NCBI GenBank assembly: GCA_036867785.1
Contig: CP145419.1
Location: forward strand, 248,001-312,000
Origin: Plasmodiophora brassicae
Taxonomy: Eukaryota
DNA: 64,000 nucleotides
Direction: 5' to 3'
A model generated the notes under the pieces. The model did not search any database and was not told the DNA's origin. It saw only the letters and a list, made by a program, of their open reading frames with translations. The position numbers and the translations under genes were made by a program. Position 1 is the stretch's first letter. The number at the start of each line of letters is the position of its first letter. Shown piece after piece: positions 11,828 to 24,417 of the stretch.

Positions 11828-14146
11828 ATGCCACGACTTCGCGTGGTGTGGCGCTTCGCGGCGATCGCATTAACGGCCGGTATGGTTGCAGGATTCACAA
11901 CCTGCCATGCGAAACGCCGTCCTGAGATCATAGGACACTTCCCGTGGACCAGGACGGATGACGAAGCCGACGTTCTGCTGACGGGACCCCACCGAGACGG
12001 CAAGCTGTCGGCGCAGGAGCATGCCCGCGCTGACGCTGCGCTCAAGAGCTTCGAGACAATGGCCGTCCACGTTGACCGGGTCGTGGAAATCTATGCACCG
12101 TTTCGAAGCGACGTGGCGGTGGACTGGAAGCCTAAACTGCCACACGTTCCACCACCTGCGGAAGCAATACTTGATGCCCGTCTGGGCATCCCTGGGGTTC
12201 CACAGGACGCGGGCGATGTGCCCGACGACCAACCACCTGATGAGAACGTCCCGGCAATGATGAACCCAGGCGATCGTGGCCCAGGACTAGTCGCTGCAGC
12301 AAACGGTCATGGTCGTGTTCAAACACCGCAAGAGCATATCGTCGAAGGCGAGGCGGGCAATGACGGTGTCTCCAGTGCTGGACCAGAGAACGTTCGGAAC
12401 GAGGGGAGCCCCGCCACTGTGAGCGACGACGTTCCCGCGCCGAAAGCATCCGACGGTCTTGTACCTGACGCTACTCCCCCGGCCGATGCTGCTCAGGTTG
12501 GTGCAGGAACTGAGAACAGGCAGTCGGATTCAGAGGACGATCATGCGCAAGAGCACGAGGAAATGCTCGATCCACAACACGGGAGGCCCGCCGAAGACGA
12601 GGCACGTGATGATCCGGTTGCCCTCGTCAACGCTCCTGCTTTAGGGAAGGGCCTGGATAGGGAGATCCCTACCGATCGCCCAGGTGAACAACACAGGTCG
12701 GAGGGTGGTGTGCAGATTGGCCAGGGCGGTGCTCCTGGTCCAGGTACAGACGGCGATCTGGAGGAGGACATACCTCCCGTCGCGACGGAGAGTCTCGCAC
12801 CTGAAAGTATCGACTCTGAAGGCATCGATAGCAAATTGGCACTTTCCTTCCCGCTGACAGGTTCTAGTCAATCCCTTCCGGTAACTGGCGAAACAGTCCT
12901 AGCACCTTATGCTGTCGCAAGCCCTCCGGATCTTGGCGGAGCCGTTGGCGTCACGTCGGAACCTGTTGATCCGTTTCCTGACCCTGACCATCAGCTTCTG
13001 TTCATCATCGACCCCAGTTCGGCTCCTTCAGACCAAGGCGCTCTAGATCCTGAAGATGATGGCGGTGACACGGGTAGTGCACCTCCTGATTCTATAGTGC
13101 CACCAGGATCTGGCCCTGTACCTTCAACCGCATCTGGTGCCAATTCAGCATCTCCCGAACAGCGTTCCTCTCCTCATCCCGTTCCGGATTCAGGGGACGG
13201 TCATGCGCAAGAACTCGAGGAAGTGCTCGATTCACAACAAGGGCGTCCCGCCGAAGACGAGGCACGTGATGATCCGGTTGTCCTCGACAACGCTCCTGGT
13301 TTAGGGAACGACCTGGATAGGGAGACCCCTACCGAGGCGAACGGTAACGGCCCAGTTGAACAACAGGACATGCCTCCCGTCGCGACGGAAAGTCTCGCAC
13401 CTGAAAGTATCGACTCTGAAGGCATCGATAGCGAATTGGCACCATCTTTACCGCTGACAGGTCCTAGCCGACCCCTTCCGGTAACTGCCGAAACAATGCC
13501 AGCACCTTCTGCTGTCGCAAGCCCTTCTGCTGGTGGAGCCGTTGGCGTCAAGTCGGAACCTGTTGATCCATTTCCTGACCCTGACCATCAGCGTCCGTTC
13601 ATCATCGATCCCAATCCGGCTCCTTCAGACCCAGGCGCTCTAAATCCTGAAGATGATGGCGGTGACGGTACGGGAAGTGCACCTCCTGATTCTGTAGTAC
13701 CACCAGGATCTGGCCCTGTACCTTCAACCACATCTGGTGCCAATTCAGCCCAGCTTTCCTCTCCTGATCCTGTTCCGGACCCTGTCGTCATTTCTACGAA
13801 TCTCCATGGTACTCCCCAGACCACCAACGCGAACCCACGTAAGGCATCCCATCAGCAGCGTCTTGGTAACCTGCTGGGATCACCTGCCACGACCAGCACG
13901 AGCTGGCCGCCGTTGCACCACCTCAATGTCATTGACGACACACGCGTGGAAAGGTATCTTCTTCACACGTTCCCGAAGACGAGGCCAGACCCGAAGACAA
14001 CCTGGACGGTTGGCGTCTTCGTTGCCGGCCTGCTGTGCGTGTTCGTTTCCTCGTACTTCATTGCTGTCTGGATCGCCAGTGTTCCGCTGGCAATATCTGT
14101 TCCTCTTCATCCAGCCAAAGTGGCGTTTAGCGATTACGTTTATTAA
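11828..14146 (+). CDS. Intronless acidic Pro/Asp-rich protein with signal peptide, ~220-aa internal duplication and C-terminal TM
   Basis: 772-aa ORF; N-terminal hydrophobic segment; C-terminal VGVFVAGLLCVFVSSYFIAVWIASV; duplicated block. Confidence 0.75.
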   Translation: MPRLRVVWRFAAIALTAGMVAGFTTCHAKRRPEIIGHFPWTRTDDEADVLLTGPHRDGKLSAQEHARADAALKSFETMAVHVDRVVEIYAPFRSDVAVDWKPKLPHVPPPAEAILDARLGIPGVPQDAGDVPDDQPPDENVPAMMNPGDRGPGLVAAANGHGRVQTPQEHIVEGEAGNDGVSSAGPENVRNEGSPATVSDDVPAPKASDGLVPDATPPADAAQVGAGTENRQSDSEDDHAQEHEEMLDPQHGRPAEDEARDDPVALVNAPALGKGLDREIPTDRPGEQHRSEGGVQIGQGGAPGPGTDGDLEEDIPPVATESLAPESIDSEGIDSKLALSFPLTGSSQSLPVTGETVLAPYAVASPPDLGGAVGVTSEPVDPFPDPDHQLLFIIDPSSAPSDQGALDPEDDGGDTGSAPPDSIVPPGSGPVPSTASGANSASPEQRSSPHPVPDSGDGHAQELEEVLDSQQGRPAEDEARDDPVVLDNAPGLGNDLDRETPTEANGNGPVEQQDMPPVATESLAPESIDSEGIDSELAPSLPLTGPSRPLPVTAETMPAPSAVASPSAGGAVGVKSEPVDPFPDPDHQRPFIIDPNPAPSDPGALNPEDDGGDGTGSAPPDSVVPPGSGPVPSTTSGANSAQLSSPDPVPDPVVISTNLHGTPQTTNANPRKASHQQRLGNLLGSPATTSTSWPPLHHLNVIDDTRVERYLLHTFPKTRPDPKTTWTVGVFVAGLLCVFVSSYFIAVWIASVPLAISVPLHPAKVAFSDYVY
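12525..13779 (+). repeat. Intragenic tandem duplication (12525-13184 vs 13185-~13779)
   Basis: Both copies start cggattcag(a/g)ggacg(a/g)tcatgcgcaaga and share long near-identical stretches, e.g. PPVATESLAPESIDSEGIDS and SEPVDPFPDPDHQ. Confidence 0.95.
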
Positions 14147-14625
14147 TGGTAAAGCTACCATTGTAGTTCCGTTTCGGCGCCGATACTATCGACTCGGAGA
14201 CGTCTTAGGAGGGCCAGACCGTCGCCAATCGCGTCCAGTCACCAGCGCTACTGACCCGGCGCCTCTGGATCCGCGTTCGTCAGTGCCCGACTCAAAAGGC
14301 CCTGATGCAACCCCTGCGAACCATCCTGATAGAGGTTCACCGGGCCATAGCATCGTCTCGTGCACAGGGTCGGTGTCGAATGTCGCTGGCGAAGCGACAG
14401 CTGTTGCGGATTTGCCACCGCTGCACCACTTCTGTATCCTGGATGACTCGCGCGTTGATGGAGACCTTCTTCGCACGCTCCCAGAGGCGCGCGCCAACCC
14501 GGCGATGAGACTTGTCAAGGGCGGCATGTACATTGCCGACCTGCTCTGTGCACTCGGCACCGCCGATTAGCCGGCTCGTCTGTGATAAAGCACAAGGCGG
14601 TCGAGCAACGATGAGGTTTACAAGT

Positions 14626-16335
14626 CTAAATGATGCCTTGCCGTTTGAGGTCCTCGAAGGTCTTCTTCTTGAAGACGTTCCCTTGCCGGTCCTCTAATTC
14701 CTCGTCGTTCTCTGGGTGCCATTCGCGCGTCTTCTCCATCAGCTTGACCTTCTTGAACAGAGCGAGCGCGTCCTCGATCTTCGTCACGTACTTGAAGTGA
14801 TGCGAGTTAGGGATCTTCAGCGCCTTCATCCCGTTGACGTGACGCCACTCGGTGAAATGCCGCTCGAAGTTACGTGGGCCCATGTACGCGTAATCGCCAC
14901 AGATCTCGCAACGATACTCAATGTTCAGGCCATGTAGTTTGTACAACCAGTACGGGATCGGTTTGCCATCCCATCCTACAGACAGCCGTTTAGGGACCCA
15001 AACGATTGGTTTCGAGACATGCGCGCGCTTACCGAGCGGGACGTTCTTCGGGTTATACAGGACGGCCTCTTCGTCTTCCTCGTTTTCAGACTCGCTCTCT
15101 TCCTCAGACAATTCGGCGCGTTCTGTCAAGATCTCCTGGAACGTCCTCGTCTGCTGCACTTCGACGCGCTGCCGAGTCGCTGCAATGATATCGCTAAGCA
15201 GGTCGGCAAAGATTTCAACCTTGTACTGCTTCAAGCGCAGCGAATCAACCGCGGCACCGTTCTTATGGTTGCCGTTCTCTAAGCTGTCCACTTTCTTCAG
15301 GTGCTTCTTGGACCTGAGATGCGCGGCAAGGACTGATTCGTTCGCGAAATCCTTCTGACACAACTGGCAATGAAGGCGACCCGTTCGGTGCTGGTTCTCC
15401 TCATCATTCGCCTTCTTCGCAATGAACTCCTCCTCAATCTGACGATTGATCTTCTCGATCGGGTACAGCGGGTGAATACGACCGTGAAAATCCGCAAGGT
15501 ACTCAATGAGATCGTCGAGATACTCGCTCATTCCGGCACACGACGGGTACGGTGCCTGGAACCGGGCCAGGTAGTCCACATAATCCATTCGCTTCTGGTT
15601 CTTGAAGATCGGCAGGTTCACGAACCTAACGGTACCGTCACGTAACCACCACTAGAGCGCGTCAAACGAGCCCAACCTTTCGTGCAGGTGCGTCATGTCG
15701 ACATACTTGCCGAACTTCTCTTCACCCGAGAACGAAACCAGTGTATCGTCTTCAATCGCTTCCAGCGCGACCGTTGGCCCAGATTGCTCGGCGCCACCCT
15801 CTGACGCAACGGTCATCAGCGACGCGAGCGGACGCACGCGAGCCATCCAGTACACACCTTGCTGCTGCATGCCTTCCATTGTGTTAAACTGAGCAGGCGC
15901 CATAGAAGGCTGCTCATTCGCCAGGGTATGCCTCCGATGGTATTCCCGAATGTCTCGTAACTGTTCGTAGAACGGGCCGAACGCCATCGATGGCGTAATT
16001 TGTGACAGCTCATCTGCAAACGTCCTAACGAGGATATCAGTTGATCACATACCCTGATTCGAGAAAACCAGCAATTACCGATCCTCGTCTCGATAAATCC
16101 TGACGAGCTCTTCGTTGTTTTCGCGAATGCGGTCCAGAGTTCGCCGCAGGCGGTGCTGCTGCAGCAGATCGCCCCTATGCTGCACGGGTACACAGGGTCA
16201 ATGTTGCGCATACGCGATCCCTGCCGGCCCTCGTACCGTTTTCGACTTGCGGTGGATAAAATCCTGGACGATGCGGACCTTGAGTATCTCGTTGTCCTCA
16301 TGCAGAGCGCGCGCGCGCTCCACGATCGACGACAT
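14626..16335 (-). CDS. SF3A3: Splicing factor 3A subunit 3 (Prp9/SAP61)
   Basis: FSGEEKFGKYVD, YNPKNVPLG/WDGKPIPYWLYKLHGL, YRCEICG..YMGPRNFERHFTEWRH, EELEDRQGNVFKKKTFEDLKRQGII. Confidence 0.96.
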
Positions 16336-16869
16336 CGCGATGTAGTGCAAAAACGCCGTCGCAGTCGCACAGCGGAAGTCCGTGGCACGCGGTGATGTGC
16401 AGCTCGCAGTGCCGATCAGCCGCTTGCAGCTTGCAGTTCAGATGGCGCTCCCCGAGGGTCCACTCCAGCCTTGACGTGGATGCCGATCTTGCGCTCATCT
16501 GGGCCCGATAAAAGCGCAATTTATGAGGCGAAGAAACGCACTGGAAAAGACGAGGAATGTCTCGACGGAGTCTCATGCTGCGTCCTTCGATAGGCAACTT
16601 TTGTCTAGTTAAGAGCAGTCTAGGTAGCTCCTGTCGATTCACCAGTAACATCTTTAATGAATGTTACCCTCTATGGATCTGATGAACGTACGGTCACGAA
16701 AACAGGTGGAGCACCGTGACTTGGATGTCGCTGACTTGCATGGCCTCGACTTGAGCGACCGCGATCCAGTGCAACTTGTCATCACCACAAGTTCCTGTAC
16801 GTCGCCTCGCTCGAATCCCCAAGTTTCAGGCGAGTGAGCCACCTAACTGGTTCGTTCAAGCGCAAGGAG

Positions 16870-17900
16870 TAGGTGCCCGACGACTTCCTACCAGTGTTGA
16901 CGACGGTTCGTGAAGATGCGGTCGTCGAATCCCTGGGCGTCAAGGTCTTTGGCAAAGAGCAGAAGTGGCGAACGCGCATTCTGTTCCGGTTGCCAGCGCG
17001 CTCGCCGCTCGAAGTCGCACGTCTACGTAACTACGTGTTCAACTACGGTTGCAACGACTGGCGAAACCTGGGCACGTAATTCGCGTTCGCCACTACTGAT
17101 CCTTGCCAAAGACCTTGATTCCAAGGGATTCGACGACCCCATCTTCACAAGCAGTCGTCAACGCTGGTAGGAAGTCGTCGTACCGGATCGAGCACAGCTC
17201 CTCAAAGCGAATGGAGCAGACTGTCTTCGTTAACGTAAAGCATTTTAAGCCCTCGCTGATTTGGGCGGAGGTTGATGACGCGAACTTGTGCCATCTCACA
17301 AGAGTCCTGGTGCAGGTTCACTCTAACCCGAGCAGCAGCGCCGTTGGTGGTGAACGAAACCACAAGACCAGCAACCGCGTTCATTCGAAGCAGCGAATCC
17401 GTCTTGGCGAAGAAAGATGCCAGAGGCCAGTTGCCATTGCATTTAATGGCGGACAGCTGGAACGTGTGCTGCAGAAGAGGCGCGAGAATCCATTCGTTAT
17501 CCACATTGCGAACATTGGTTCTGAACGTGCCGAAGGGACAGCATCTGGCAACCCGCTCGCAACTGGCGACCAACTGGAGGACATTTCCTCGACGCCCAAA
17601 TCAGCCAGGGCTTGAAATGCTTTACGTTAACGAAGAGAGTCTGCTCCAATCGCTAAGAAGTATGCGAACTGCTCAGCGAGTATTGCGCCCAACTCATCGT
17701 TGTTGCCTGCAATCCGGTCCAACGCGTCCCGGCACTGAGTGACTAATCCGACTTCTGAGCCGAGGCTGGGGAACTCTTGACCATAACGACGAGCGAGGTT
17801 CAGGCGCATGTCATAGAACAATGGTTCGGTTACGAAGGCAAGGGCGTGAACTGAGGAAACAATGGTTTTCAGCCGAGCGTGGACGAAAGCCAACAGCGAA
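16870..17900. mobile_element. Degenerate, rearranged hAT-type transposase relic with fragments on both strands
   Basis: The + strand LIWAE..LTRVLVQVHSNPSSSAVGGERNHKTSNRVHSKQRIRLGEERCQRPVAIAFN fits the hAT C-terminal dimerisation pattern. The - strand VHALAFVTEPLF resembles the hAT 'AA..LDPR' region. Stops, frameshifts and internal inverted repeats are present. Confidence 0.6.
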
Positions 17901-18068
17901 AGACGATCGGCGCCGAGTCCCTCCAGTGTTGAGTCGCCCCACCGACGGGCGCAATTTTTGGCCGTGGAGTCGGTATGCCGATGCCCCTCCCGGGACCGTC
18001 CATCTGAACCGACGCCGGACTGGCAGATTTATTTCGTGAATTTGAATGCTCGCGCCCGACAACGTCGG

Positions 18069-21000
18069 ATGGGGCAGAAAGGGCGGTCGCGAGCGGCGCG
18101 TAAAGTCTCTCGCGACCGCGACAAAGAGATCCAGCGTCGGCATGAGGTCGGATGCGACAGGTCCCGGTCGTGGCCGTCGTACTGAGCGTTCCTGGCTGCA
18201 GATCAACGAGATCCAGGAGTCTGAAATCGAACTGCTCTCGAACATGTACATGGACGATTTTTCAATTTGTGACGATGACATCGACTACGACTGGCCTCGT
18301 GGATTCGCCATTCGGATTCGGGTCAGCAACGAAGTGCAAGGGGATGACCGCATCTATCCCAGTATGACACTCTCTGTTCGGTCAGTTGCAGTTGTTGCAC
18401 CCTATGGCTCTCCTTTCTTTGACCGTATCCTCAAAGCATTCCAAGAGAATACCCCAATGCGGTTCCTAGATTCTCGTTAGACACAGTGAGCGGTCTTTCT
18501 CCGGATGATCAGAAGGTGAACAGGCCAGGTTCACTGCCTGCGTGGCCCGTTACTGAAGACAGCGGATAGTTGCTGGCTGAAAACCTCGATTTGATTGCTC
18601 GATCAAAACTAGGGGAAGTGTGCGTGTTCGACTGCATAAACTCAGCGTTGGAGTTCCTTCACAGTCACGGTTGGCGGCGAATTATGGTGCAATGGATTAG
18701 CCTAACGCGTTTCGTTCAGGAACGGTGGTCGAAGAGTCCGTCCACGCTGAGATGCAATCTCGAAGGGCGATTGCACTTGCGGAAGAGAGAGCTCGAGACA
18801 AGGAAGTTCGGTCGGAAATTGAGGAGCAAGAGCGGGTGCGCCCTGTTTGTTATCGTGTCATTTGCAGTGGATTAACATGGCGTCAGGTTCGATTCCAGCA
18901 GCGCGTTGCGGAAGAAATGACGAAGAAGGCTGCTCGGGAAGAGCTGACGAAGAAGAGTGCGTCTGTGGAGCGACTGCAGAAATCGGCCCATGATCTGTTG
19001 GCGAAGAACGTTTCCCGCGTTGACAGCGAACCGGTGCCGGTTCATCACAACCATGACGACATCTTTGAAATGGATGACTTTGAACTTGATCGCGACAATG
19101 ACACTGCGTACGTGCTTGGTGTGGACCGTTACGATTGCCCTGTTTGAGGTTCCCTTGGCTGCCTTGAAACAGAGCGGATGTTGAATCGTCGTGGTCATCG
19201 TCGTCTGATTCCGGAAAGGATGAAGGTAACGACGGGTCATCAGATGACGAGTCTTCCAGTCCAGAACGAGGCAGTGCGAAAATCACTGTTCAGCTGCCAA
19301 ATGTAATGGCTGACGCTACGGTGAATGTAGATGTGGATGATGATGATGACCTGATCGCACTATCGTTCAATGAGCATATCGGGACACCAATGATGGCGTT
19401 CATGGCAAGTCGTAGCAAGACAGTGGAGCCTGTGCATCGAGAAGTAGCGCGCACAGAATCCCGTCGTCTTCCTGTAATGACCAGTTCCTGACGCTTTATG
19501 TAGACGGTTTATGTGGGTTCCTTGTCCCAGGAGCCGAAGAGTGCACCGCACGGCAACGTTGGAATTCGCGAGAAACCTCCAACCTCGAGATACCGAGAGA
19601 ACTTTGCAGAGCTCGGCGTTCTTGGTAGAGGAGGGTTTGGACAGGTTGTCAAAGCTAGGTAATACTCGCGGAACTCAGACTGCGCTTTTAAGAGTCTTAC
19701 AGTGCTTAGGAATATCATCGATGGCATCGTGTTCGGTATCAAGAAAGTGCCATTACCTGTGCGGGATTCCAAGGCTCGTGATCGTATCCTCCGGGAGGTC
19801 ACAACCATCGCGAGGCTTCATCACCGTTACATCGGTCAGTTTTGAGCATTGCTTCCGGTTAATATCCTGCTGACGTGCCGCCTCAAGTGCGTTATTACAG
19901 TGCCTGGATAGAAAGCTCGTCTTCATCACCGGCTGGTACCAGAAGCGGGGACAATAGTCTGCGGTCTGCAGTGGGCGGTGCGTTTGCCGTTTCAACGCAG
20001 CGTCACTCTGCAGGGGACTCTGTCCATGACTGGATGAGGTACTGCACTTCAAAATCTAAATCGATAACCGTCGAAGCCTTACTGTAAGGCTAGTGGGACT
20101 GCCCATGAACCTGATAGTGATTTATCTGGGGCTGAGTCTTCAAGTGATAAGGAAACGCTGTACGTTGGAATATGTTTAATGGGAAGACGTCGAATAATGA
20201 ATCGGCTCAGGTACATCCAATTCGAATACTGTCCGAACAAGACTCTTCGAGAAGTCATAGATGAAGGCGGCCTCTCTGAAAACATGTGCTGGCGTATTCT
20301 CCGGCAGATTTGTGAAGCGCTCGAGTACATACACTCGCAAGGCGTTGTGCATAGAGATATCAAACCCCCAAACGGTGATCGTCAGCTGCTGGTTTGTCCA
20401 TTCCAAGACTAACGCCAACGTAGTGTTTTTCGATGAACATGGCGATATCAAGGTTGGAGATTTCGGTTTGGCCGTATCACACAATCATGAATCGTCTCAC
20501 GATGACCTTCAATTGGCGCTGCATGAAAAACATTCTCGATCCAGTGTAATCAGCTGTTAACGTGTAACGTGGAGGTTCAGTGTCTCACAATGGTTTGCAG
20601 GGTGCCGCACATGCGGATGATTCCGATAAGGTCGGGACGCCTTACTATAGGTCGCCGGAACAGGAGTCTGGTAAGATATCAAAATTATCAGGAAGCAGTC
20701 CTGCCTTAGCCTGAACGTCACAGGGAGAATGATTTCCGACAAGACGGATATGTTTGCCCTTGGCATCACGCTCTTTGAGATGTTTACCAGCTTCTCGACA
20801 CTGATGGAGAGGCACATTGCGCTATCTGAGTTGAGGAAAACTGGTACCTTGTTGCGGCATCAACAGCTACTCTGTGCCGACTTGTTTCTCCCCCAGGCTC
20901 ATGCGCTGGCGTCCAAGTATCACGGGCAAAACCTTTTCCGAAGAACGTTTCCGACATTATCGAGAGACTTTTGAAAAAGGATCCATCTGAGCGACCCAGT

Positions 21001-23900
21001 TCTTCCGAGCTCCTTCGGTACTTCTGTACCCCTGAATTGTTCTGTGCGTTATTGGACATGACGCTGTACAATAGGTCGGGGCTTATTCCAACAGCCGAAG
21101 ATGATGCCCAGATCCAGTATGCGCTGAATGCGCTGTCAAATCCAGTATCGACGTTTCGGTAACGCACGTACCGTCCCCTGTGTTGTACTATTCGTAATTA
21201 GGTCTGGCAGGTCTCGGGTCGTTGAATGCTTGTTCCAGGCGCCTCCCGACCGAGCTGTCGACTTCACGTACGAACTAATGGGTACACCTTCCAAGACCCT
21301 TAGCGTCGGCACTGAAAAACGACAGGTTTAGTTACACTTTGTATCTCTGGATCCGTCCCTGACGGTTGTATCTTAGGAGTTACCTGTAACTGCTCTGAAC
21401 CCTACGTCAATGAAAATTATGTCCCGCATCGAAGAGATTTTCCGTCTCCATGGAGCGCTCCATCTTCCAACGCCAGTTCTAACACCCAAGGGTTTTCAGC
21501 GTTCCATATGCTGCGACCGTCTCTAATCGAGCCGTCCGTTCAGTTACGGTTGCAAAGGAAAGCAATCCTGTCGTACTTCTGGACGCCTTTGGTGTCCCAG
21601 TACAGCTTCCACATTCGTTGACTGTCCCATTTGCACGCATGGTATGCAAACGACAAGGGTTCTCGGCCCATTTCTAACTATTTGTTAGGTTGCCCACAGA
21701 GGGATTACGTCTGTTCGGCGATATGACTTTTCGCCAGTATACCGTCAGTCCGTTTGTGGAGGACAGCCCCTCGAGTCTCTTGTGGGAGCGTTTGATATTG
21801 TTCGTATCTGGCTCTGTTTCCTGAGCGTGTAACGTGACTGAGTGTATGCCAAGGTGTTTCCAACGACATCGTCCCGACGTATTCAAATTAGTTACGCCTG
21901 CGAACTAATCCGGTTATTGGATGAATGCCTTTCTGTGCTGCTGCCGCCTTCGTCGCGAACAGTTATATATGTCAACGACCTGAGAATACTGGAAGCGGTC
22001 CTTGATCACTTTGTCCCCAGTAATGCGTTCCCCCAGGCACGTGTTGCCATAGAATCTCAACTCGGCCGCCTGTGGTTTACGCCTTGGCAACAAATCCGAC
22101 GCAGTCTCATCCAAGATTACCATCTTTCGAAGGAAGCAGCTGAGGCTCTTGACTTTTACGCCACGTTAGGCGGCGCTTTCCTACGACGCATCTGCTGCTA
22201 AACGTTTGTTGCTGTAGGTTACGCGGTCCTTCCGGTCAATCTCTATCAAGGATTGAATCTGCGTTGAATGCTCATGGGATCGGGCAGATACCTACCGTGC
22301 GTTGTCCGTTCTGGGTAACCGTGCTCGTGTTTAAATGGGTGTACAGGTTCGCGCGGCTCTTGACGCGCTGTCTGCGCTGTTTCGGCTAATTCATGCGGCG
22401 GGTGTTACCAGAAAGGTTGCACTTTCGTCTGGTCGGATCGCTTTATCTGATCACCTAATACTCAGGTCCACTTCCATGCCGCTGTCGTTGCAGACTGGCA
22501 TATCTATCGCGGAGGCGTTGTCTTCCAAGTTGTTCACGAAGTCGGTGGAAGCACTAATGCGGTCAAAAGCGTTGCTGTTGGAGGGCGGTAAGCATCCTGG
22601 AAGTGGCCTCTCTTAGAGGCATGCTGACAGCATGATTGGCAGGTATGACGATCTCGTCGCTCGCTTTCGGTCACCCACATCAGACGCGGCACCTCAATCC
22701 GCTCTCGGGGTCAGCATTGCGCTGGAGGCGTTGCTTGCTCAAGCAAATGACCAACCCTCTTCGTACTATGCTGACAAATCTGTGCTGCTGTTCTGCAACA
22801 TGAACAAGCTCCTGGATGAAAGGTATTCCCCAGCTTTGGACGTTGCTGCGATGAGCTCAGAACGCGCCAGGTTTCGGGTAGCTGCACTTTGCTGGAAGAA
22901 CGGGTTCAAAGCCGAATATGATGTCAGCATCGGCGACAGCAACACGGGTACCGTCGGCATCATTGGACTGCCCCTGCATTTGACATAGGCGCAATCAGGC
23001 TCATCGGTGTCATTGTCTTCCTTACCGCGGTACTGTCGCCTGAGGCATATCCGCTGGCTGGTCGTCTTCCGTCCTTCCCAGTACTCGTCCGGCATGGTTA
23101 AAGTGTTCGACATTGCAAGGCACCATCAGCACGGTGATAAGCATGCCCAGGGCCATTCTGTACGCGTTCATGCATAGCAGCTTCCTTCTGTACTAATGTG
23201 GCGTTAGGTTGAACTCCACAACCTAATCCAGTACTTGCAGAATGCTTCCATTCGGAAGAGTGGTCATGTGTTTGCGGACAAAGGTCTGGGGGTGCCCGAT
23301 ATTGCTGCTTTACGTTCTTGTTTAACGCGAATGCGCTCTAGATCCGAGCATGCCCTCAGATCAAGACCTGCTGAACCCGGTCAACACCACCAACAGCCCT
23401 ATGGTCGCTGCTATTAGTTCGAGCTCGCACGCCAACGCCCATCATTCCCATCATGTGCTGGCGAACCCGATCGTCTTCATAGCGGAGTCGCTGAGTGATC
23501 AGCCTCTGCGAGGACACGCCCGAAATCAGCACATTCGTACGGCAGGGACCCTTGCGGGTCCGCTCGTCGTAGGCTTCGAGGCGAACCAGTATCGAATCGG
23601 TACGTGCCGGGAACGCTTCATCTTCCACATGTGGATCTGAGTGCCGCCCAACCTGCAGCTGGGCTGATGCTTCCCATGGAGGCCATCCGTTCCTGCGTGA
23701 CGCTGATGTACGGCGGCAACGGCGGCCTCGATGCCATGCGTGCCCACTGCAACAGCTCGTCGGTCCGGCATTCCTGGCGTCGACCGCTGAGCGCCTTCTG
23801 CGACTGGCTGGAAGAGCAGATGGAAACGCTTCGTCTGACGCTGCGCGTTGTACTGGTCTACTCGGTGGATGATCGCAAACTCGACCTCGTCCAGCTCTAG
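18069..23900 (+). CDS. GCN2: eIF2-alpha kinase GCN2 (RWD + kinase + HisRS-like domains), many introns
   Basis: RWD-like EIQESEIELLSNMY; SRYRENFAELGVLGRGGFGQVVK; ILREVTTIARLHHRYI; YIQFEYC; HRDIKP; KVGDFGLA; HisRS-like GRYDDLVARF. Confidence 0.9.
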
Positions 23901-24417
23901 TCATCGCGCCGGTCTGCCCTATCCCTACCAATAGCTGTAATATAGCCGATAGACATCGAGTGGCCACTGACAAACGCCGACTCGTCGGGTACGATTATTT
24001 GTTTAACGGTGGAGGCGACGCGCTGGTGGACGGGCAATGGGTCCTTCCGAATCCGTCCGGTAGATCGTGCAAGTGGGACATCCCAGACAAGCGGCACATC
24101 GCAGCGCTCCTTGCACACGTTCCTCGGCGCGGGTGGATTCTGAAGTTCAAGTCGTCGGGGCGCGTCTTCGCGTGTACCCTCGGTGCGCCTGCCCGAAAGG
24201 AATGGCACCTGGCAGCTTCACGACGCATCGTACGACTCGATCTGATTGCCGCGTTGCCGATCAGAACGGGGAAGCTGTGCCGACGGGCACCGTCGTGTTC
24301 GTTCTCGTTGCCATGCTCTGTACCGGTGCGCGGCGCCGGAACAATGGCCAACGATCCCGCGCGCGTACCAACGATCGACGGGCACACCCGTGTACCAGGG
24401 GATCACTGGTGGACGCG

